NCBI RefSeq assembly: GCF_000737315.1
Contig: NZ_JMCB01000029.1
Span: forward strand, 22,721-86,720
Reading direction: 5' to 3'
Origin: Hyalangium minutum
Lineage (GTDB): Bacteria > Myxococcota > Myxococcia > Myxococcales > Myxococcaceae
DNA length: 64,000 nucleotides
How positions within the stretch are numbered: the first letter of the stretch is position 1; the number at the start of each line of letters is the position of its first letter. The position numbers and the translations under genes were made by a program. Below, piece after piece: positions 48,887 to 58,154 of this stretch. Below the pieces are notes generated by a model. That model was not told the DNA's origin, did not search any database, and worked only from the letters and a program-made list of their open reading frames with translations.

Positions 48887-50173
48887 ATGACGCCCTCCGC
48901 GCCAGCCCCCCGCCCCCGCCGCCCGCCGACGCACGCGTCCGCCTGGAGCGTCCTCCCGAAAAGCCTGCTCTGCGTGGGAGTCCACCTCATGCTCCTGCTT
49001 GTGGCGAGCGCGTGTGGCTCCGCATCCCCAGGCTGCGAAGCCGCTTCCTTCAGGGGAGCGGAGCTGCAGCGCTGCGCCAGCCCTCGCTGGGAGCCTGTTC
49101 CTCAGCACGGAGACCTCCCTCCCTCCCTCTGGGAGGCGGGCGCCTCGTTCGCCCGGACAGAGGGTGACCGCGAGGTCGTCTATCGCTTCGGCGGCCAGCG
49201 TGAGAACTTCCCCAACGACTTCACCGTCAACGACTTCTATGCCTTGGACGTCTCCACGGCCACGTGGACGAAGCTGACCACACCGGAGACGCCCGCCGCG
49301 CGTGCCGACACCCTGCTGATGCCCGGCCCGTGCAGTGAATGCGTAAGCATCGTGGGCGGGCGGGGCCGGTTCCGGACGGGCTCGGACCTGATGTTCCCCG
49401 AGATGTGGACCTACGACACGCAGGGACAGCGCTGGCACAGCGTGCCGGCGGAAGCGCTGGGAGACACGTTCGCCGTCCGGCGCTCCTCCGCCCTGGTGGT
49501 GGAAGTGCCGGAGGCAGGCTCTTCCAAGAAGACGGCCATCTACGCGGTGGGGGGGGTGGGCAACACGCTCTCACGCTTCGCCACGACGTCCACCGGCCTT
49601 CGCAATGATGTCGCCGTCTATGGCCAGGACACGGGCTGGAGGCTCGTCCCCACTTCCGGAGAAAAGCCAGCCCCTCGGGCCTGGGTCGTCGGTGGATACG
49701 ATCCCGACAGCCACGCGCTGCTGGTGTTCGGCGGCTACCGGCTTGGGGCTGATCAGGGGCCCTCGACACCGGCCGGGGAGCTGTTCGGTCCGACGAATTA
49801 TGAGAACGACCTGTGGTCCTTGAGCCTGGAGACGCTCACGTGGACCCAGCTCCACCCCACGGGTCCCCTGCCCGCACCGCGCGACAACGCCGTGGCTTTC
49901 TTCGACACCCTCCGGGGTGGCTTGGTCGTCTTCGGGGGCCAGCGCTTCGACGGCCTCTCCAGCGACCTGTGGTTCTACTCGGTGCGGGACAATCAATGGA
50001 CCGAAGTGGCCCTGGACCCCGCTTCCGTTCCTCCGGCGCGCGTCGGAGGCATCGCGTTCCTGCGAGAGACGTCCGCCGCCTACGAGCTCTACTTGAACGG
50101 GGGGGCCACGTCCGACGGCGGCCAGAGCGCGTTCCTCGACGATCTCTGGAAGCTGTCCTGGGCGAAGCCCTGA
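48887..50173 (+). CDS. Kelch-repeat beta-propeller lipoprotein
   Basis: Lipobox ASAC; VYRFGG, IVGG, YAVGG, LVFGG, VVFGG repeats with following W; start 48887 or 48989. Confidence 0.8.
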   Translation: MTPSAPAPRPRRPPTHASAWSVLPKSLLCVGVHLMLLLVASACGSASPGCEAASFRGAELQRCASPRWEPVPQHGDLPPSLWEAGASFARTEGDREVVYRFGGQRENFPNDFTVNDFYALDVSTATWTKLTTPETPAARADTLLMPGPCSECVSIVGGRGRFRTGSDLMFPEMWTYDTQGQRWHSVPAEALGDTFAVRRSSALVVEVPEAGSSKKTAIYAVGGVGNTLSRFATTSTGLRNDVAVYGQDTGWRLVPTSGEKPAPRAWVVGGYDPDSHALLVFGGYRLGADQGPSTPAGELFGPTNYENDLWSLSLETLTWTQLHPTGPLPAPRDNAVAFFDTLRGGLVVFGGQRFDGLSSDLWFYSVRDNQWTEVALDPASVPPARVGGIAFLRETSAAYELYLNGGATSDGGQSAFLDDLWKLSWAKP

Positions 50174-50224
50174 TCCGCGGCGCACTCGGTCCCATATCCA
50201 CTGCCGCACGTTCCCGTGCGGCCA

Positions 50225-50239
50225 TGGCCCAAATCGTGC
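50225..50239 (+). promoter_or_regulatory. Possible sigma54 promoter (-24/-12)
   Basis: TGGCCCAAATCGTGC has correct GG-N10-GC spacing, about 33 nt upstream of ATG 50272. Confidence 0.35.
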
Positions 50240-50271
50240 GGTTCCAACACAACGCAATACAGGGAGTAAGT

Positions 50272-51888
50272 ATGAGTGATTTGGGGAAGCCGTTTTCACA
50301 AGCAGTGGTCGGATTGCTTGCGACAGTGCTCAGCACGGGCGTCGCACACGCACAAGTCAATGCCTATGTCGCCAATTCAGGCAACAGCTCGGTGCGGATT
50401 ATCGACACGGTCACCCATACCGAGACAGGTAGCATCTCAGGGACGGGCTCCCGGAATCTCCGGCTGAGCGCCGACAGCAGGCGCCTGTTCTCGGTGTCCT
50501 CCAACGCGGTGCAGATCATCGACACGACAACGAACACGGTGCTCGCCAGCGTTCCCACGGGCAACATCGTGACGGCGGTGGCTGCCACCAACAGGGGGAC
50601 CCTCTATGCGTGCAACAACGGTAGCGGCACCGTCTCTGTCATCGATCTGGCCACCAACACGGTCGTCTCGACGATCTCGATGTCTTGCTCAGCCTTGGAG
50701 AGCACCCCGGACGGGGAATCCGTCTGGGTCGCGACCGCCGGTCCTTCGATCGCTGTCTTTGACACAGCCACGAACACGGTGGTGGCGACCTTCAACCTGC
50801 CCGGGCATGGGGCCAATTCTCCCACCTGGCTCGCGTTCTCACCTGATGGGGACTTCGCGTACGCGGCGTTCTTTAGCGACAACGTCGTGACGGTGATGGA
50901 CACGGCGACTAAAACGGAGATAGCCGCCGTGACGGTAGGTTCGGCCCCTGTCTACGTCGCCGTCAAACCGGGCGGGGACGAGCTCTACGTGCCCAACCTG
51001 TTGGCCAACACCGTGTCAGTGATCAACTCGGCAACGCTGAGCGTGGTGGCCACGGTGCCGGTGGGCACGCAGCCGCGAGTCGTGGCGTTCTCGTCGGACG
51101 GGGCTCGCGCGTATGTGACGAACTACAACAGCAACAACATCTCGGTGATCGACACGGCGACACGCACGGTGACGACGATCTCGGCCTCGTCTCGGCCTTG
51201 GGGCATTGCCATCATGGGCGACAACGACCATGACGGCATCGGGCAGACCATCGACAACTGTCCATCCGTGGCGAACGCCGATCAGGCGGACACGGACAAT
51301 GACCAACTCGGCGACGCGTGCGACCCAGACGACGACAACGACAGCGTGCTGGATGCCAGCGACAACTGCCCGCTGGTGGCCAACGCGGATCAGGCCAACA
51401 ATGACCAGGACGCGAGCGGCGATGTCTGTGACACGGACGACGACAACGACAGCGTGTTGGACGCCAGCGACAACTGCCCGCGGGTGGCCAACGCGGATCA
51501 GGCCAACAGCGACCAGGACACCAGCGGCGACGCGTGTGACGCGGACGACGACAACGACAGCGTGCTCGACGGGACGGACAACTGCCCGCGGGTGGCCAAC
51601 GCGGATCAGGCCAACGCCGACAGTGACAGCGAGGGCGATGCCTGCGATCTCGACGACGACAACGACGGCGTGGCGGACGCCAGCGACAACTGCCCGCGGG
51701 TGGCCAACACGGATCAGGCTGACAAGGATGGTGACGGCGTGGGCAACGCCTGCGACAGCGACTTCCCGGGGCATACACCTCCCGGCGAGCCCGACAGCGG
51801 GTGCGGTTGCTCCACGGGTTCGGTGCCGAGCGCGCTGTTGTTCTGGTTGGCGGGGCTCGTCCTGGTCCGGCGCCGGCGTCAGCAGTAA
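50272..51888 (+). CDS. YVTN/YncE beta-propeller + TSP3 repeats + MYXO-CTERM surface protein
   Basis: Signal ..AHA-QV; AYVANSG, LYVPNL, AYVTNY..SVID..T repeats; five DNCP units; tail GCGCSTGS..LLFWLAGLVLVRRRRQQ. Confidence 0.88.
   Translation: MSDLGKPFSQAVVGLLATVLSTGVAHAQVNAYVANSGNSSVRIIDTVTHTETGSISGTGSRNLRLSADSRRLFSVSSNAVQIIDTTTNTVLASVPTGNIVTAVAATNRGTLYACNNGSGTVSVIDLATNTVVSTISMSCSALESTPDGESVWVATAGPSIAVFDTATNTVVATFNLPGHGANSPTWLAFSPDGDFAYAAFFSDNVVTVMDTATKTEIAAVTVGSAPVYVAVKPGGDELYVPNLLANTVSVINSATLSVVATVPVGTQPRVVAFSSDGARAYVTNYNSNNISVIDTATRTVTTISASSRPWGIAIMGDNDHDGIGQTIDNCPSVANADQADTDNDQLGDACDPDDDNDSVLDASDNCPLVANADQANNDQDASGDVCDTDDDNDSVLDASDNCPRVANADQANSDQDTSGDACDADDDNDSVLDGTDNCPRVANADQANADSDSEGDACDLDDDNDGVADASDNCPRVANTDQADKDGDGVGNACDSDFPGHTPPGEPDSGCGCSTGSVPSALLFWLAGLVLVRRRRQQ
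51253..51756 (+). repeat. Intragenic tandem repeat, 5 x 108 bp (TSP3)
   Basis: GACAACTG at 51253, 51361, 51469, 51577 and 51685. Confidence 0.93.
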
Positions 51889-52061
51889 GGGCCATGCCTC
51901 TCGGGAGGGAGGCCAGGCACATGTCGCGTTTGGTAGGGGCTCCGGTGCGGTGACGTTCACCCAACTGGGCCCCCATCCCTCTCTATGCGTCGCGCGAGGC
52001 GGGTGCCGTGTCCGGAGAACGTGCGGCGAGGGAGCGCGGTTTCCGGTCGAACATGAACATT

Positions 52062-53207
52062 TCAGGTAAAGAACGAGCCGGATCCTCCTCCTCCGCCCTT
52101 CGGATCAAAGGGCGGCTTGCCGAAGGGCGGCTTGCCGAAGGACGGCCCACCGAAGAGCGGCTTCTTACTCCCAGTCTTCCTCGAGGAGCTGTTGAGGTGG
52201 AGGCCCAAGCTGCTGCTCGATTGGACCATGCCATGGAACGGATTTCCGCCGATGAAAAGGATGAGTTCGTCGGCCAGGTGATAATTTCCACCAAAGGTAT
52301 CATACGAGACTTCGCGCTCGAAAAACGACACGTCCGCCGAGGTGTTCTCCGAGGTTGAGTTGACCAGGAAATCTTCCCAGTCGACCACGTACGAGCCCGG
52401 AGGGATCAGGATGAGCACGATGGTGGGAGCCCACATGTGCGCGTACTGCTGCTGCAAGACCTGCGGCATGTGGCTGGCGCCGAAGAAGATGGGCACGACC
52501 TGGCCGCCCGGCGTGCACGCGTAGCGCCCCGCCGAGGAGCGAACCAGGTTTCGAAGCGAGCAGGTCGTCGAGACGACGTCGGAGTTGTGGGAGCCCTCCT
52601 CCTGCTTCTTCTTCCCTCGCTGGTGTTCCCGCGACGCTTTGGTCGTGGTGCCCCGCCCGCGGTCCGGTGTCCAGCACTCCTCCAGGCAATCCTCGTGACC
52701 GATGGAGCCCTGGCACGCGGCGGCGAGCCCCCCCCGCCTCCCGTTGCAGAAGCGGAAGACGAGCAGGGGACTCGCATTGCTCAGGACTCCCTTCGTGGTT
52801 GAATCGATGACGGAGTTGTTGAGCGCTTGGAAGAGCATCCGCCTTTGCCAGGGTCCCACCCTCCCGAGCAGGAGGAGGAGGGCCGACGCCATCTGGTTCT
52901 CGAGCTGTGTGATGGCAGGCTCGAGGGCGTTTGTCCCGACATAGGGCCTCATGCCGAACCCAGAAGACCCACGGCTGCTCATGAGCTCATCGGCTCTGCG
53001 CATCCGCCTCAACCATTGGGAGACCGCGCCAAGGTCCTCCTGGAAGGCCTGCTGGCGATCCTCCTCTCTGCCAACCAGGTTGAGCTTGGTAATGAGCGTT
53101 CCGCACTTCGGGCATCCGCCGTAGACACCGCTGGCGACGTCCCCGTATCGCTCGTTTGTCACGAACTCTTTCCCGCAACGGAAACACTTGTATCGATAGA
53201 GCGGCAT
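52062..53207 (-). CDS. Zinc-ribbon + putative R-S-E-class ADP-ribosyltransferase domain protein
   Basis: N-terminal MPLYRYKCFRC...CPKC (FmdB-like ribbon); VFR, EHQRG, VVSTT and FEREV in cholera-toxin-like order; FG/GP-rich tail. Function is inferred from motifs only. Confidence 0.6.
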   Translation of the reverse strand: MPLYRYKCFRCGKEFVTNERYGDVASGVYGGCPKCGTLITKLNLVGREEDRQQAFQEDLGAVSQWLRRMRRADELMSSRGSSGFGMRPYVGTNALEPAITQLENQMASALLLLLGRVGPWQRRMLFQALNNSVIDSTTKGVLSNASPLLVFRFCNGRRGGLAAACQGSIGHEDCLEECWTPDRGRGTTTKASREHQRGKKKQEEGSHNSDVVSTTCSLRNLVRSSAGRYACTPGGQVVPIFFGASHMPQVLQQQYAHMWAPTIVLILIPPGSYVVDWEDFLVNSTSENTSADVSFFEREVSYDTFGGNYHLADELILFIGGNPFHGMVQSSSSLGLHLNSSSRKTGSKKPLFGGPSFGKPPFGKPPFDPKGGGGGSGSFFT

Positions 53208-53524
53208 GACGTATCGCCTCACGAGCTGGGCATCGACTGCGCCTCACTCGGCGAGGGCTCTCTGGGACAATGGGGATGATGCCTGGCGAGAACAGCAGCA
53301 CCATCCCTGTCTGTCAAAATCTTGGCTCGCGCGCTTCGCCTTTCATGGCGAGCGTCACAGACTCCAGGCATTCGTGGGGGCTAGGTTCCTCGCTCGCGAC
53401 GAATGGAACACTGCATACATACGAGTTCGGCTTTGAGCCGATGCCGGCTGCGGCAGAGGAGTGACCCTCTACACACTCGGGGGCGAGCGCAAGCTGCTCG
53501 CGGCTGGGAGCGCCCCGGCCTCGC

Positions 53525-54289
53525 TCAAGAGGCAGAGCGCCCACCAATCTCCGGGAATCGCTCATAGGCTCGCTTCAACGCGTCGAGGTGTGCGGGGATG
53601 TCGAGTTCGAGCGGTGCCTCAGTGAGATGAACCACCCACCCGCCCGACGCCGTGCGCCGCGAGCGTGAGAGCAGTTCGGCATCGCGCGCCGGGTCTGGAA
53701 ACCCGATGGCTCGTGCGGCAGCGGCAGACCAATAGTTCAGCCACCCAAGCCGATGCGGAATCTCTGGCGAGCGCATGGCACTCGGGGACTTGAGCACCGG
53801 CAATCCGCGAGGAGGGGGCTCCAGGTCGTCTGGCCGGCTCTTCGTCTGGCGTGCGATGTCCACCCCTGCGCTGAAGGGCGTCGCGAGCCCCCAGCACGCG
53901 CGAGCCCCCTCCGCGACGGCCTCCAGCACCTCCGCTGCCGCCGCGATGCCCTTGGCCGCAAGTGGCAGCACGGCATGGACTTCAAACTGGGCCTGACCGC
54001 CCGGGGCGAGCTGCGTCGGCTTCTCCCAGCCTGTCACCGTGACTCGAAAACCATCATCCTCGTTGCGAAGGAGCGGAAAGCCACGCCCGTTGGGCCTCCC
54101 TCGGGCGAGAAATGCCTCGCGCTGCGGCACAGGGATGCGCTTCCCCTCGCTCGAAATCGTCCACTCCAGGCGCAAGCCAGGGAGCGCGCGCTCCATTCCA
54201 TGAACCACAGCCGAAGGGCGGCCATCGTTGCCCTCGAGTCCAGGCGCGTAGACGGCCAGGGCGATTTCATTGGGACGCGTGGCAGGCAT
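53525..54289 (-). CDS. Putative immunity protein (DUF5953-like myxobacterial paralog family)
   Basis: AVYAP, RLEWTIS, HRLGWLNYWSAAAA.AIGFPDPARDAELL..GGWVV.LT.APL.LD.PAHLDAL..AYERFPEIGGR; starts 1 nt after the toxin stop. Confidence 0.75.
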   Translation of the reverse strand: MPATRPNEIALAVYAPGLEGNDGRPSAVVHGMERALPGLRLEWTISSEGKRIPVPQREAFLARGRPNGRGFPLLRNEDDGFRVTVTGWEKPTQLAPGGQAQFEVHAVLPLAAKGIAAAAEVLEAVAEGARACWGLATPFSAGVDIARQTKSRPDDLEPPPRGLPVLKSPSAMRSPEIPHRLGWLNYWSAAAARAIGFPDPARDAELLSRSRRTASGGWVVHLTEAPLELDIPAHLDALKRAYERFPEIGGRSAS

Positions 54290-54290
54290 T

Positions 54291-55214
54291 TCAACACCAG
54301 TCCATGACTTCGATGAGGCCCCGGAGATCTGGATCCGCGAGTTCCAGCGCGGCTTTGTGCGCAAGGCTCCGCACACCGACCCGGAAGTGAAATCCGCAAG
54401 CCAGAGCGAGGCCACGCTCAATCCGCAACTTCTCTACCTGGCTGTCGACCACAATTTCTCGAAGGTCGGGCGAGTACGTATCGAAGTTGTCGGTCTTGAC
54501 CTCCCACAACGTGCGGGTGGCCAGTTGCAGCGCGTCGAAGTGCTTTCCGTTGACGAGCACATCCCAGCCGGGGAAGCCGTTATTCGGAACTTTGTCGGCG
54601 CATGCATTGTGCGGGTCATTGCCGCCACGATGGAAAGCCCGCCTGGGCGTGCACTCGGGGCGGCGATGACTCGGGTCTGAGGAGATGGGCGGATCCGGCG
54701 GGAACCAGTCCCGCCCCAATCCACTGGGTGTGGGCTCGCGGTTCGCCTCGGGTTCCTCCTCATGGGATGGCCGTGTCTGAGTCGTCGGCCTGCCACGCTC
54801 ACGGGACGCACTTCTCTCGTACGCCTCCAACTCTTCTTGAATGGCAACCGCCACCACCACGACGCCCATCACCACCACGGCTCCAATGAGGATCTCCGGT
54901 GCCGCGAAGACGCAGAGACCCACGCCCACGGCAGCCGCACCCGCGGAGGCGACAGAGCATCTTCTGGTAAGATCGCGAAACTCGACCCGGTTGCGGTCGA
55001 GGGCGGGATAACACCGCTCCGCCAGGACAGGCCATTCGTTGGAGGCTTCTCTCACCACGCAGTGTCCGTCATCCATCCAGGGGTACTGCGCCGCCCGCTG
55101 AAGGTTGGCGACTCTGAGGTTTGGGGCCACTCGCTCTCCCGGACTCGGCTCCGTCGTGGCGCAGGCCGAGAGCAGGAACAGGAGCAGGGAGGCAATACAG
55201 GTGCGAGAGAGCAT
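54291..55214 (-). CDS. Lipoprotein with C-terminal PD-(D/E)xK-like nuclease domain (DUF6310-like; SitA-style polymorphic toxin candidate)
   Basis: Lipobox LLSAC; PWMDDGHCVVREAS; hydrophobic GxxxG-rich helix; VLVNGKHFDAL...LWEVKT. Confidence 0.75.
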   Translation of the reverse strand: MLSRTCIASLLLFLLSACATTEPSPGERVAPNLRVANLQRAAQYPWMDDGHCVVREASNEWPVLAERCYPALDRNRVEFRDLTRRCSVASAGAAAVGVGLCVFAAPEILIGAVVVMGVVVVAVAIQEELEAYERSASRERGRPTTQTRPSHEEEPEANREPTPSGLGRDWFPPDPPISSDPSHRRPECTPRRAFHRGGNDPHNACADKVPNNGFPGWDVLVNGKHFDALQLATRTLWEVKTDNFDTYSPDLREIVVDSQVEKLRIERGLALACGFHFRVGVRSLAHKAALELADPDLRGLIEVMDWC

Positions 55215-55331
55215 GGCCACGTCCTTCTCAATCCAGCGTGGGGGCCGCGCGGGTCAAGGCGGAGCCGTTCGGGAGTAGGCCAGCATCCTCTTTCCTGGCA
55301 GCTCTCGTGGATGAGGGTGTGTACCACAGCC

Positions 55332-55460
55332 CCCAACAACCTCGACGGAGACAACGACGGCATTGCGTGCGAGTCCAACCCCGCCCCCTTCGACCGGTAC
55401 AAGGTGCTCCGGCCGACGGCCACGGCAGCCCCGAAGCGTGCCCTCCAGGGGATGCGCTGA
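55332..55460 (+). pseudogene. Excalibur Ca-binding-domain fragment
   Basis: PNNLDGDNDGIACES (DxDxDGxxCE) without a plausible start. Confidence 0.5.
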
Positions 55461-55698
55461 GGCAGAAAGCCCCCGGCAAGCCCCTGCCACGAGCCGACCG
55501 CTCCTCGACGCTCACGAAGTAGCTCCCTCCGTGTTCGCCGTGGGGCTCGCACGTCTTCACGAAGCCCCACGGCGAGGACGGCCGCGTCAACCACGGGCGG
55601 CGCCCCGGCGCGTGTGTTCGCCTTCCTCCCCTCCTGGGCCGGTGCCGGGAGCGGGGGCGCGTCCAGGTTCTGCTTGCCGGGGGGGACGCGCCGTCAGG

Positions 55699-57162
55699 CT
55701 ACTGCGCAATGGCGTTGCAGACGCCAGCCGACACCTCCCTGCGGTAGACGGGGATGCCATTCCACGTGCAGTAGAAGCTACGGCTGGGGTTGTTGCTGGC
55801 GTTGAGCAAGCAATTGTCTCGGGCGTACTGGCACGAGATGTTCTGCGTCGAAATGAAGTTCAGGTTGGAGTCGCAGATGTACCCCTTGTACGTGCCGGTT
55901 CCGACCGTCGCGGCGCAGGGGTCATCCGGGGAGACGGAGGCCAGACGGTTGGGCGAGCCAACGCCCGGGTTGATGACCTTGTTGCGGGTGGCGTTGGTCA
56001 TCACAACCCAGCTCGCCACCGTGGCCGGAGTGGCCGCGGGGGCGCCCTCCAGGTACTGGGCCGCAAGGCCCGCGACGTTCGGCGCGGCCATGGAGGTGCC
56101 ATGATCCAAGCGGTAGGACGCGGCCCCAGTGTTGGCCGCAGACCAGATGCCCACGCCCGGGGCGAACAGGTCCACGCAGGAGCCGTAGTTGGAAAAGCCC
56201 GCCCGGGTGTCCGTGTTGTCGGTGGCCCCGACGGTGATGGCCGCGGGTACGGCCGCCGGAGTGACGTTGCAGGCCAGCACGTTGCTGTTGCCGGCTGCAA
56301 CCACCGCGGTGACGCCCGAGTTGATGAGGTTGGTCAACGCGGTCTCCACCGTGGCGACCCGGCCGGAGAAGCCCAGGCTCATGTTGGCGACCGCCGGCTT
56401 GGTGGCGTTGAGCCGGACCCAGTCAAGCCCAGCGATGAAGTCCGAGGCCATGCCCGTGCCGTTGCAGCCCAGCACGCGCACCGCGTACAGGCGCGTATCC
56501 TTCGCCACGCCAGCGAGGTAGCCACCGATGGTGCCGGCCACGTGGGTGCCATGGCCATGGCAGTCATTCGTGCCGTTGCCGTCAGCCACCGCGGAGTATG
56601 CCCCGAAGGCGCGCGCCCCCGCGACAGTGGTGCCGTAGTTGAAATCCTGGTGGGCAGTGTAGATGCCGGTGTCGAGGACGTAGACATTCACCCCACGGCC
56701 TGTGCGGGTGTAGGTGAACGTGTTGCTCAGCGGCAGCGAGGGCTGGTCGACGCGGTCCAACCCCCAGAAGTCGATGGGGGCGTAGGCCACGGTGTTCTGC
56801 GTCCACGCGTCGGCGCGCATGACAGCATCCTCCTCCACCCGCGCCACATTCGGGTTGCGGGTCAGAGCCAGCGCGACCGACTCCGGCAGCCTCGCCGCGA
56901 AGCCACGCAGTGCATGCTCGTAGACGTGCAGCACCTCGCCGCCGTGCGCGGCCGCCAGCGCCTGGGCCTGGGCGCCCACGTTCTTCTTCATGCTCTCATT
57001 GAAGGTGATGATGTACTGCCCCCGCACGGGCTCGCTCGCGCGCAGCAGGCCCTCCGAAGTGCCGAGCTCCTCCTGACTGACCGCCCCCTCCAACTGCTCA
57101 GTGGGACCACAGGCGCCCAGGCACAGCAGACCCAATCCCAGCACCATCTTGGAAAAACGCAT
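55699..57162 (-). CDS. S8 subtilase (proteinase K/aqualysin-like) lipoprotein with I9 propeptide and Cys-rich C-terminal domain
   Basis: Lipobox LGAC; propeptide YIITF..VYEHALRGFAA; triad VLDTG, HGHGTHVAG, GTSMAAP; oxyanion AAGN. Confidence 0.93.
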   Translation of the reverse strand: MRFSKMVLGLGLLCLGACGPTEQLEGAVSQEELGTSEGLLRASEPVRGQYIITFNESMKKNVGAQAQALAAAHGGEVLHVYEHALRGFAARLPESVALALTRNPNVARVEEDAVMRADAWTQNTVAYAPIDFWGLDRVDQPSLPLSNTFTYTRTGRGVNVYVLDTGIYTAHQDFNYGTTVAGARAFGAYSAVADGNGTNDCHGHGTHVAGTIGGYLAGVAKDTRLYAVRVLGCNGTGMASDFIAGLDWVRLNATKPAVANMSLGFSGRVATVETALTNLINSGVTAVVAAGNSNVLACNVTPAAVPAAITVGATDNTDTRAGFSNYGSCVDLFAPGVGIWSAANTGAASYRLDHGTSMAAPNVAGLAAQYLEGAPAATPATVASWVVMTNATRNKVINPGVGSPNRLASVSPDDPCAATVGTGTYKGYICDSNLNFISTQNISCQYARDNCLLNASNNPSRSFYCTWNGIPVYRREVSAGVCNAIAQ

Positions 57163-57612
57163 GACGTTGTTTACCAGCCTTTCCTGGCTTCAAGGGGATT
57201 CGCAACTCCCCAGCTATTACAACTACAAAAGTCAGGACTGGAGCACTCACCCAAAGGGGTGATCCCCCTTGGGAGGGGCTTTTGTTAGGCGCCCTTACAT
57301 CGCGACTGGGCTGGGCTGGCGTGTGTCTGCTGGAGATGAATGGCTTCTGCGCCAGCCCAGAGTGCGGCTCATGGGCTCCCCGTCAGGAAGATCGTTTCCG
57401 TCGTCCTGCGACTAAAGTGGTACAGGCAAGCGTCAAGCACTGATCTATCTCTCTGTTGACTCAACTCGTATCCCCAGAGAGACAGCTCATGCCCCTGCGC
57501 CGTTCCCACTCCAGGAGATTCCCTCCATCGCCCGGTGGAAGGGACAAGGCCTGATCCCTCACCTCCCGCTCTGCTCCCGCCCGCTACGCACAAGAGGGCT
57601 CCTGTCCTTCCT

Positions 57613-57795
57613 ATGTGCCGCAAGCTGTTCGGTGCCTCGGCGGCCGCGCTCGCTGGTAACTCGCAGGTGACCAACGACGGCGCTGAGTCCAACCAGAACC
57701 TGAACCAGAAGACGATGAAGACCTTCGGCGAGAACAACGCCTACCAGTCTTCACCTTTTACCCCTCCGCCTCTCAACCCTCAGGAGTTTCAATGA
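57613..57795 (+). pseudogene. Headless Flp pilin paralog (C-terminal half only, stop codon lost)
   Basis: RKLFGASAAALAGNSQVTNDGAESNQNLNQKTMKTFGENNAY duplicates the next gene 299 bp downstream; TAG has become CAG; no prepilin N-terminus. Confidence 0.8.
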
Positions 57796-58046
57796 AGGCC
57801 GTCTCGGAGAAGCCGCTGCGCAAGGCTCGTGGTCAAGGCATGACCGAGTACATCATCATCGTCGCCCTGATCGCGATCGCCTCCATCGGCGTGATCACGC
57901 TGTTCGGTGACAACATCCGCAAGCTGTTCGGCGCCTCGGCCGCAGCTCTCGCTGGTAACGCGCAGGTGGCCAACGACGGCGCTGAGTCCAACGAGCAACT
58001 GAACAAGAAGACGATGAAGAACTTCGGCCAGAACAACGCCTACTAG
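57792..58046 (+). CDS. Flp/Tad type IVb prepilin
   Basis: Basic leader, RG|QGMTEYIIIVALIAIA (E+5, Y+6 Flp motif), hydrophobic helix. Confidence 0.88.
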   Translation: MKAVSEKPLRKARGQGMTEYIIIVALIAIASIGVITLFGDNIRKLFGASAAALAGNAQVANDGAESNEQLNKKTMKNFGQNNAY

Positions 58047-58154
58047 TCTTCGCGCTTCACCCATGAGGAAGGCGGCTCGGGCCCGAGAGGGAAACCCCAG
58101 CCGCCTTTCTTCGTTACTGCCCTCAGCGGCCTGCCCTGGTACGTGGAGCGAGAC

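Noticed and set aside
55535-55575. 13-bp inverted repeat downstream of the subtilase
   Set aside because: A GC-rich stem with a long loop and no U-tract, 125 bp from the stop; not distinguishable from chance or remnant coding sequence.
57190-57535. Possible c-di-GMP riboswitch or sRNA between the subtilase and pilin genes
   Set aside because: Several short hairpins are present (e.g. 57311-57360), but no GEMM or c-di-GMP-II consensus could be matched by eye.
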